Assembly (NCBI RefSeq): GCF_006345805.1
Contig: NC_043020.1
Coordinates: forward strand, 26,846,001-26,910,000
Direction: 5' to 3'
From: Octopus sinensis
Lineage: Eukaryota
DNA length: 64,000 nt
Positions 54,115 to 64,000 of the stretch are shown one piece after another (positions within the stretch are counted from its first letter, which is position 1; each line of letters starts with the position of its first letter). The notes beneath the pieces were generated by a model. That model was not told the origin of the DNA. It made no database searches and saw nothing but the letters and a program-made list of their open reading frames with translations. The translations under genes and the position numbers were made by a program.

Positions 54115-54156
<42 letters not shown>

Positions 54157-54935
54157 AAGAAGCTTGCTTCCCAACCAAATGGTTCTGGGTTCAGATTCAC
54201 TGCGTGGTACCTAGGACAAGTGCCATCTGCTAAAGCCCAGGGCCGACTAGAGCCTTGTAAATGGATTTGGTAGACGGAAACTGAAAGAAGCCTGTCGTGT
54301 ATATATATATATATTTGTATGTATATTTATCTATTCTATGTGTCTGTGTTTGTCCACCACTACCGCTTGACAACCGGTGCTGGTGTGTTTACGCCCCCGT
54401 AAGTTTGAGGTTCGGCAAAAAAAAAAAAAACTGACAAAATCAGTACCAGACACGATTTTTCGACTAAAATTCCCTTAAGACAGTACCCCAACATGGCCGC
54501 AAGTGATACACGCACACACACACGAGAGAAAGAATATACGTGTGAGGGTGGATTTGGGTGGATCTCTGTCGTTTGACGACAAGATATACTTGTTCGGTCA
54601 ACTAAATCCCGGTCTTTGAATTCACACAAACACATTGTAAAGTGATTCGGCCGCAGAATCAACATGGCACTGGGTACAAAAAGGGTGTACCTATGAGTTC
54701 CATAGGGTGTACCTATGAGTTCGACGGGTTTCTATACAGCTTCCGTCTCCCCAATTTTCCTCACAACGATTGGGACGGTCCGAGGCTATAAGAAGAAAAA
54801 AAGTCACCTTTCCTTTCAACATGCTGCACAGTAGGATCGAATCTGGGACCTCATGGACGCAAGACTAACTTCGAAACCATTGAGCCATGATACACGGATA
54901 CATGCACACATTAAAACTTTGTACCGACACCATTT

Positions 54936-55362
54936 GGATCTCTTCGGTTTGAACGGCAGTTTTTAACATAATTTCTAGTTAACTAAACTTTTAGACATCG
55001 TATACTGGTAGAATGTGTTTATAAAACATCTTTTTCTCTTGGCTTTATTGAGAAAATTCTATGGTTTGTAAGATATTTGTTGTTGTTTTTTCTTCAATTT
55101 CTGCAGTTTCAACCAATCACTGACGTCTATTGAGGTAAAAAAAACATTTTGTACCGTATGAATATGTCCCTCGTTTAAGAAACAGATTGGGTTTATTTAC
55201 ATTTGTGAAGAAAAGAAGATACCACTACCCCACTCCTAACCCTAACTAAACCTAACCCTAAAAGAGATTGAAATGCAATAGATCGATACTAGGGTCATAA
55301 TTATAGGTGACAATTTCATATAACACCGCTAGAAAAAACTGCCGTTCAAACCGAAAAGATCT
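54936..55362. mobile_element. ~430-bp MITE with ~29-bp TIRs (ggatcttttcggtttgaacggcagttttt)
   Basis: TIRs at both ends; internal cctaaccctaa repeats; homologous to 59669-60344. Confidence 0.85.
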
Positions 55363-55879
55363 AAACTTTGTACCGACACCACCGTTTTAAGTCAATGAAA
55401 ATGCATCCTACCTTCAGTCCTAGGTGAGGTGTTTTGAAAAACAAAATAATTGTTTAATTAAAGATTTATTGAAATAGCTGTTAATTTTATGCTGTTTCTG
55501 AACCGGAAGAACATTTACAGGTAAATTAGTGTTTGTCTGAATATTTAATTAACACACTAATTGATGGAATATTTAATTAGAATTCTGCAATCTTTACACA
55601 CTGCGTTGGGAGCAAATAGCTTTTTTTTCCTGTGAAGCTCACAAAATGAAATGTGTTTTTATTTGATTTTTTCCCCTCTGTCTCTGTATGTGTGTGGTCT
55701 GGTGGTTAGGGTGTTGTACTGACGGTCATATGATTGGTGACCCTGGATCGATTCCTGGAACAGGTGCTGCAATGCCCCTCCGCCGCCATTTTTTTTTAAG
55801 CAAAACAATTGTTGCTCAGTCTGTTTGGCTGTAAATGAGCTCCAGCAATTGCTGGGAAGTTATTCCTTCAAAGAAGGTG

Positions 55880-56100
55880 GCACATGTCTTACGTTTTCTC
55901 ATCATTCCCATTTAATCCTATGAAATCACCGACACATCGTAAGATCCGGCCCACTCGGATAACCTGGTTCCTCTGTCTATCTCTTTCACACCTACAAACA
56001 TTAACCACAGCTTCGGGTCGCTGGATGATCTTCACAAAGTCCTTTGCGCCTGAAGCACGCCGCTAACTTTCCAAAGCCGTTCATTAAGGCACTTGCTCAA
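55880..56100 (-). mobile_element. Possible highly decayed RTE-clade ORF2 C-terminus
   Basis: CERDRQR..DL-like segment resembles the RTE motif GxCxRGRPRKTWxEVVxxDL; weak. Confidence 0.3.
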
Positions 56101-56304
56101 GCTTTCCTCCAACAATGATTTCCCCTACCCTCGTTGGGATTCCAACGCTAGTCCCTATTTCTGTCTCTGGATATTATTACTAACAGAGTAAGCACATTTC
56201 GGCCACGAGATTAAACCTTGTTCAGCCAAAAGGCTGAATAAAATAACAGATTAAAAAAAAAAAAATTGCAAAAACAAAGTACAATAATTCTTATAGTCTT
56301 TTAT

Positions 56305-56483
56305 TCCTTTTAGTCATTTGACTGCGGCCATACTGGAGCACCGCTTCAAGGGGTTTTAGTCAAACGAATCCTCCACTGGGCTTATTCTCTCGGTCTCTTG
56401 TGCCGAATCGCTAAGTTACGGGGACATAAGCACAATAACATCGGTTGTCAAGCGATGGTGGGGTGACAAACAGAAACACAAAC

Positions 56484-56514
<31 letters not shown>

Positions 56515-56660
56515 CGACGGGCTTCTCTCAGTTTCCGTCTACCAAATCCACACACAAGGCTTTGGTCGGCCCGAAGCTATAGCAGAAGACACTTGCCCAA
56601 GGTGCCACGCAGTGGGGACTGAACCCGGAACCATGTGGTTGGGAAGCAGCCACGCCTGCG
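56305..56660 (-). mobile_element. SINE family A
   Basis: Reverse-complement motifs as above. Confidence 0.8.
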
Positions 56661-57284
56661 CCTATTATTTATTTACGTTTCTTTTCTCGGACGATTTTTT
56701 CTTTTTTTTCCTTTTATCAGATATTGAAAATTTCAACTATTGTTCTAAATATTTTGAAATTAATAGAAATATTAATACTTACAATTATGAGCTGTGATTG
56801 GTTGTCTATTTTTAATTAATCTATTTTATTATATACGGAGCCATAGAGAGATCAATACTGATCAATATTTTACGAGTGAAATGTGATAACGGAAACTGTA
56901 AGGAAGTCCGCTATGCGTGAATGTATGGGGCTTGGGTTCGTGCGCTGCGCACAGGGGTGAACTGATGGCGAGGCCTATTTATTTATAATTTATTAAAGGC
57001 TGAACGAAAATGGAATTTCCGGAAACCCGAGTTTCACGTTACCGATTATTCGAACGACATTAGACACACACACACACATACACAAATAGATGGGAGATGA
57101 TCGAAAACCGGAGGACCTAAATTACTGCATTTTCTTTCGCCCAATTGAGAGCGATCTTTACGTTTCGTACCCCCCGGGGACGATAAAATAGATCAACAGT
57201 CAAATACTAGGATTGATAGGATCGCACAGTCCCGTCCCCTCAAAACCCCTATCCTCATGACTAAATTGGAATACAGCACTTAAT

Positions 57285-57722
57285 GGTCACCATTCGTGCG
57301 TGATCGTTACCAGCGCCGCCTTACTGGCACTTGTGCCCGTGCTAGTAGGGTGCCAAGAGCACCATCCGAGCGTGATCGTTGCCAGAGCAGCCAACTGGCT
57401 TCCGTGCCAGTGGCACGTAAGAGGGCACCATTCGAGCGTGATCGTTACCAAAGTCGCCCTACTGGAACCTGTGCTGGTGGCATGTGTAAAAAGATTCGAG
57501 CGAGGTCGTTGCCAGTACCGCCTGACTGGCCCCCGTGCCGGTGGCACGCATTAAGCACCCACTACACTCTCGGAGTGGTTGGATTTGGAAGGGCATCCAG
57601 CTGTAGAAACGTTGCCAAATCAAGATTGGAGCCTGGTGCAACCATCTGGTTCGCCAGCCCTCAGTCAAAATCGTCCAACCCATGCTAGCATGGAAAGCGG
57701 ACGTTAAACGATGATGATGATT
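57285..57722 (+). mobile_element. RTE-type 3' tail element with internal tandem units and (GAT)n end
   Basis: Repeated gagcgtgatcgtt(a/g)cca units; ccatgctagcatggaaagcggacgttaaacgatgatgatga. Confidence 0.7.
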
Positions 57723-59668
57723 CCTCAAGTACTATTCCGTTACTTCAAGTGGAAGAAGTGTTCCCTATAGTGACTTCGAGCGAATAAAAAGCAGTTGTGT
57801 TCGGCGGGATTTGATCCTAGAGATCAACGAATCTCTCAATGTTTTCTTTGTACCCCACGTTGTTACAAATTTGCCAATTCGCTAACTCTGTCACCCACCC
57901 ACAACCTCGCACACAATTCTTTTATTTTTTTGTCATTACGCTGCGACCATGCTGAAGCAACGCCCTGAAAAAATGTTTATTTGAATGAATCAACCCCAGG
58001 ACTTATTCTTCTGTTAAGTCAGGTACTTATTCTATCGCTCTCTTTTGCTGAACCGCAAAATTACAAGGACGTAGACACACCAGCACCTGCCGTCGAGCGA
58101 TGGTGGAACAGACACATGCAAAGACACACACACACATGACAGCTTTGGACGGCCTGAAGCTATAGTGGAAGACCGTTGCCCAAGGTGCCACGTAGTGGGA
58201 CTGAACCCGGAACCATGTGCTTTGGAAGCAAGCTTCTTACCACACAGCCATATATATATATATACATATACATGCATGTATATATACTATTTTGACTTGT
58301 TTCAGTCATTTGACCGTGACCAGGACTTATTCGACCCCAAGACTTATTCTTTGTAAGCCTAGTACTTATTATATCGGTCTCTTTTGCCGAACCGCTAAGT
58401 TACAGGGACGTAAACACACCACCATCGGTTAAGTGATATGGGGGGGGGGGGCAAACACAGACACACAAACACATACATATATATATATTAGAAGAAATGA
58501 GGTAATCAGAAGATCGGATGGTTTATATTAACAGATATTTATTTATATATTACATTTTTTATATATATATCATATCACTTAGATCATTAGCGCTTTCTCC
58601 CATTCTAGTGGGGTTTTCAAATCAAACTAATCTTCTGAGTACCTCATTTCTTCTAATACATAATACCTGTACAAACACAGACACACACGCACACACATAT
58701 ATACATATACACGACGGGCTTCTTTCAATTTCCGTCTACCAAATCCACTCACAAGGCTTTGGTCGGCCCGAGGCTATAGTAGAAGGCACTTGCCCAAGGT
58801 GTCACGCAGTGGGACTGAACCCGGAACCATGCGGTTCGTAAGCAAGCTACTTACCACAAAGCCACTCCTACGCCTTATATATGTAAGTAAGAGAATGAAG
58901 ATGTGTAGTGACCAGTGTTGTGTGTATGGCAGAGAGAGAGAGAGAGAGAGTGAGAGGGTTGGGCAGAGAATGTGATCTAGAAATTAGGTAACTAACCACA
59001 CCTAAATTTTCACCCGAGTAGTTCAGGATTTAGAAATGAAATATATTGAAAGCATGTTTTTTTCTTTTTTTCTTTTTTTTTTGTAAATTACATGAATAAA
59101 TTATATTGTGTTACCAGCGAATAAAAAAAAATATAATAATAAAATAACAACAGCCAGCCATATCATTATACCTGCTTCACTAGTTCTATGTGAATTTACC
59201 AAGGTAATAACAACAGCATTAATAATATAATAATAATAATAATGATGATTAAGTTTTGGAAAAGGACATAAGGACGGTGTACCGTAGAGAGGGAGTGAAA
59301 CAGAATTCATTCATATCGTGACCTAATTCAGAGCATTTCACTATCTTTCAGGAGACAGCGAGACGGCCATATTGTGCGCGTGTGTGTGAGAGAGAGGGGA
59401 GAGGAGAGCAAGTGGAATGGGAAAGTGGGGGAGATAGAGAGATAGCTGGCTTATTCTGTTTTTCTTCCTTCCTTCCTTCTTTTCTTTCTTAACTGTTTCT
59501 TAAAAGTCAAAAAAGACACCAACCACCTGCTTGTCTATAAGCAACCCACCGAATGGAACACACACACACATACAGGATTCGTGGGGATGAATAAGTTTAA
59601 TTATAATACTGACCACCACCAAAAAGCTTTCTTAGCCGGAGCAGACCGCCCCACATAACTTATATTTT

Positions 59669-60344
59669 GGACTTTTTCGGTTTGAACGGCAGTTTTTTTT
59701 TTTATAATTTCCATGAAACTAAACACTTTTAAACTCCCTATACTGGTAGAATGTGTTTATAAAACATCTTTTTCTCTTGGCTTTATTGAGAAGATTCTAT
59801 GGTTTGTAAGATATTTGTTGTTTTTTTTTCTTCAATTTCTGCAATTTCAACCAATCAATGACGTCTATTGAGGTAAAAAAAAAACATTCTGTGCCGTATG
59901 AATATGTCCCTCGTTCCTCACATAACTTATATTTGGATCTTTTCGGTTTGAACGGCAGTTTTTTAAAAATAATTTTCACCTAACTAAACACTTTTAAACT
60001 TCGTATACTGGTAGAATGTGTTTATAAAACATCTTTTTCTCTTGGCTTTAGTGAGAAAATTCTATTGTTTGTAAGATATTTGTTGTTTTTTCTTCAATTT
60101 CTGCAATTTCAACCAATCAATGACGTCTATTGAGGTAAAAAAAAACATTGTGCCGTATGAATATATCCCTCGTTTAAGAAACAGATTGGGTTTATTTACA
60201 TTTGTGAAGAAAAAGAGCTACCCTTCCCCCGCCCTAATCCTAAAACAGATTGAAATGCAATAGATCGATACTGGGGTCATAATTATGGGTGACAATTTCA
60301 TATGACATCGCTAGAAAAAACTGCCGTTCAAACCGAAAAGATCC
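59669..60344. mobile_element. Same MITE family: partial copy (59669-59915) plus full copy (59935-60344) with 8-bp TSD ttatattt
   Basis: TSD at 59927-59934 and 60345-60352; flank cacataacttatattt duplicated with the partial copy. Confidence 0.85.
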
Positions 60345-60621
60345 TTATATTTTACAAGCCTCATACTAATTCTATTGGTCCATTTTGCTGAATCACTAAG
60401 TCTCGAAGATATAAGCAAAATAAAATCGGGTGTAAGGCAACAGCAGTCGGACAAACACACATTTATAACAGGATGCTAAACCCCTTTTGTTCGAAAGTAT
60501 AAGGGACACAGATAGTAGGTCGTATAGCCAGCTGGAGACGATGTTTCTTGGGGCTAAATAACAGTAACATTCGCCCTAAATCAGGAATGCCACGGTATAT
60601 TGGCAAATAATCTACACACAC

Positions 60622-60675
<54 letters not shown>

Positions 60676-60863
60676 GGCGTAGGAGTGGCTTTGTGGTAAG
60701 TAGCTTCTTTACCAGCCACATGGTTCCGGGTTCAGTCCCACTGCGTGACACCTTGGGCAAGTGTCTTCTACTATAGCCTCGGGCCGACCAAAGCCTTGTG
60801 AGTGGATTTGGTAGACGGAAACTGAAAGAAGCCCGTCGTATATATGTATATATATATATATAT

Positions 60864-60903
<40 letters not shown>

Positions 60904-61108
60904 CGTGTGTTTGTCCCCCTAGCATTGCTTGACAACCGATGCTGGTGTGTTTATGTCTCCGTCACTTAGCGGTTCGGCAAAAGAGACCGATAGAATAAGT
61001 ACTGGGCTTACAAAGAATAAGTCCCGGGGTCGAGTTGCTCGATTAAAGGCGGTGCTCCAGCATGGCATGGCCGCAGTCAAAATGACTGAAACAAGAGAAA
61101 AGAGAAAA

Positions 61109-61110
<2 letters not shown>
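60676..61110 (+). mobile_element. Full-length SINE family A
   Basis: Near-identical to 41889-42312. Confidence 0.9.
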
Positions 61111-61177
<67 letters not shown>

Positions 61178-61504
61178 TATATATATAGAGAGAGGAGGGG
61201 AGACTGACTCTTGACGAAGACGATGGGGTGTGATTTGGGTCATTTCTTAAAACTGTGCTTACGCTCGTTACGACTGAATCGACCTTTCAGTCAAAGTTGT
61301 TCCTGCCATTGGACACTATGTTCGCATATACTATGCGTATCGAGGACTCCTATTTCTAGCATGTCGAGCAATCACTTACAGGCTTCTTCGTTGCAACATC
61401 AATGAATCATGGCGGAAACTTCCTTGAATAAGGAAAAACGAAAATAACTTGGCCAGTCATTGGTTGGCGTAGTTATGACATTACAGATCAGTTAAAGGAG
61501 CCAG

Positions 61505-61660
61505 TTGTGTGACGTAATTCGCCTTTGCTGTTTAAAGTCATTTGTGACGTCATTTGTCTTTGCTTTTTAAAGTCATTTGTGACGTCATTCGTCTTTGCTT
61601 TTTAAAGTCATTTGTGACGTCATTCGTCTTTGCTTTTTAAAGTCACTTATGACATCAGTT
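61505..61660. promoter_or_regulatory. 35-bp tandem array carrying CRE motifs (TGACGTAA, 3x TGACGTCA, TGACATCA)
   Basis: Motifs at 61510, 61545, 61580, 61615 and 61650; CCAAT (minus strand) at 61459-61463; candidate minus-strand donor cct|gtaagt at 61379. Confidence 0.5.
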
Positions 61661-61785
61661 GTATTTTTTCAGCCTGACACCTACAGGGGAAAAAGAAAGA
61701 GTCCCCGGTTTAATTATAGATCGGCAACAAGAATATCAATAGACGAGTTTGTGTGTGTGTGTGTTCACCCTGGTTTATTTTATCT

Positions 61786-61816
<31 letters not shown>

Positions 61817-61907
61817 GAGACAAGCAGAGGTCACATGAAGGTCATAAAAATAAAGATTCAGAACACAAGCCTGAGAGAGAGAGGAGGGGAAGGAAAGAAG
61901 GGCAGAA

Positions 61908-61943
<36 letters not shown>

Positions 61944-62090
61944 AACTTAAGGCCTTTCAGAAAATGGCCGTTGCTATCTTGAACTATTTTGCGAGAGGTG
62001 GCGCCACCTCTAATTTAAATATTAATCAGAAAATTGTAAGCTCGTGAACATACATAAACCAGTACGTTTGCAACATATACTATAAGGGGT

Positions 62091-62310
62091 AAGGCGGCGA
62101 GCTGGCAGAACCGATAGCACGCCGGACGAAATGCGTAGCCGTTACGTTCAGAGTTCAAATTCCGCCGAGGTCGACTTTGCCTTTCATCCTTTCGGGGTCG
62201 ATCAATTAAGTACCAGTTACGCACTGGGGTCGATGTAATCGACTTAGTTCGTTTGTCTGTCTTTGTTTGTCCCTTCTGTGTTTAGCCCCTTGTGGGTAGT
62301 AAAGAAACAT
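62091..62310 (+). mobile_element. SINE family B monomer
   Basis: ggcggcgagctggcagaa..gagttcaaattccgccgaggtcgac..tttagccccttgtgggtagtaaagaaa. Confidence 0.85.
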
Positions 62311-63718
62311 ATACTATAAGAGAACAAGTGGAATGAAATGCTGAAAGCATCTCATTTTGACTGAATTATGAAAATTACCAATGCCCTAAACGAAGGGCAA
62401 TTGCGTCGATGATGCCTATTGAAGTACAAACGCGTCCTCTAATCACCAGACAATGAATCTGTACTTTTCCCTTAATGCCATGTCAACTTCGAGCCTTCGA
62501 TTTTGGATCTAAAGATCATCATCGCCCTGGAGTTAATGTTAACTGGCATCTGGCAATTAAGATACATCTTCTAGAGGTGGAGATTAATTTATGCTGTTCT
62601 CAAGTACATGCAAATTTCAGTGGATTTTCTTGTGTGAGGGAGAGAAAGAAAAAAACCTTCAATTTGCTTATAGGAGTCGTAGGAGCGTCGCCGTGACACA
62701 TGACGTGTCGAATGTATTTTAAGACCAGGTGGAACCTATCCCACTTTCTAGGGCCCGACTGCGACCGATTTTCTCCCAAAAAGAGAAAAAGACATATAGA
62801 AAGAAAGAAACAAGAATAAGAAAAAATATTTGCCGTACGAGACTGGTGCTTTAGCGACCCCGAAAGAATGGGAGACTGAGTTAATCTATACAAGGGGTTT
62901 GAACGTAGGGCGTAGAGAAGGAACCGTTACACTAAAGCTATTTATTCGATGCCCTCAACTAAAGCGAGATGAAAACGATTAGAGGAGGAAACAGAGGATT
63001 GGGGAGAGAGAGAGAGAGAGAGAGTGTGTGCAAAATAAGCCACAGTGAAAAATGGAACGAAAACAAGTTTCGTTCGCCAATGAAAATGACCTATAAAAAT
63101 TGATAAAAGGGTGGGAAAAACTTTAACCCACAGCAGACATATACCTTAACCAACAGGTTCAAATTAAAACCCGTCGTATAAAAATAGATGAAATACTTTC
63201 TCTAAACTACATGTGAAGAATAGCAAAGCACAATGGCAAAAAGATTAACCAATGAGAAATAAGACCCGCAAACTTAGTTACGTGACTCCATATTTTATGC
63301 GATGGCGTAAAAACTGGCCCTCCGTCGGTTACGACGACGAGGGCTCCAGTTGATCCGACCAATGGAACAGCCTGCTCGTGAAATTAACGTGCAAGTCCCT
63401 GAGCCCTTCACAAACACGCGTACTGAGAAAAATCAGCATGACTCCTAGTGTGGAAAAGATAACCCTTTAAATTACAGATACAACTCAACCCATTCCTAAG
63501 GTATTTTTCGATGTTGTTGTTATTATTATCATTATTCAGGCTCCCTGCCTGGAATCGAACTCGGAATCTTGGGGGCTAGTATCCCGCGCTCTTAACCACT
63601 ACTGGAGGGTATATCAACCAAAACGTGTTAACAGCAAACAAGATGAGGACAAATATCCGTCAAATGTAAATAGTGTACATAATTCCTCATCTCTTATATA
63701 TATATAAGAGCTGCTTTT

Positions 63719-63970
63719 CACTCCGAAAAGCTCTATCTGCGACGATTTCATCTCAATCGAAGGAGAGGGGCTTTCTCCGTCCCGGGTTGCGGATCCGTGG
63801 AATAAGCTGCCGGACAAGATAGTGAAGATGCCGACGACCGCTTGGTTCAAAGTCTCTCTTGACCAGAAATGGCCTGAACTCTTTGCATGAACACCACCCT
63901 TACATAACTCCATGTCCCCCTACATGGCCTTGTTTTTTTGCTTTTTGAGCCCAAAAATTAAATTAAAATC
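63719..63970 (+). mobile_element. 3' fragment of a second CR1-type LINE
   Basis: HSEKLYLRRFHLNRRRGAFSV/RVADPWNKLPDKIVKMPTTAWFKVSLDQKWPELFA* (one frameshift; stop 63888-63890), the typical CR1 C-terminal FFSxRVxxxWNxLP..FKxxLD pattern. Confidence 0.8.
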
Positions 63971-64000
63971 AACTATATATATATATATATATATATATAC

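Noticed and set aside
63540-63605. tRNA-like sequences (also the heads of SINE families A, B and D)
   Set aside because: A/B boxes are present, but there is no complete cloverleaf and each continues into a SINE body.

Overview
Eukaryotic, extremely repeat-rich genomic DNA, inferred to be from an octopus (coleoid cephalopod) from its SINE families and very long (TA)n/(TACA)n/(GATA)n tracts. The only securely recognisable gene is the 5' end of CFAP45 (CCDC19) on the minus strand: coding exon 271-542, plus an ATG-only first exon at 4526-4528 behind an RFX X-box. A second candidate ATG-only exon lies at 1783-1785. The rest is transposon-derived and microsatellite sequence: a decayed CR1-type LINE (14.8-17.6 kb), several tRNA-derived SINE families (one as head-to-tail multimers), RTE-type 3' tails, Helitron-like elements and MITEs. 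The most notable findings are four or five hammerhead-ribozyme motifs in Penelope-like remnants. These include a 412-bp near-perfect palindrome carrying two outward-facing minimal hammerheads with a compensatory U3:A8 core, and a core-intact hammerhead at 33.1 kb. Also notable are a ~660-bp local inverted duplication, a 35-bp CRE minisatellite and a 43-bp CCAAT/GC-box minisatellite. No rRNA, bona fide tRNA or CRISPR array was seen. Most long ORFs in the supplied track are microsatellite artefacts. All calls are by eye; no searches or folding programs were run.
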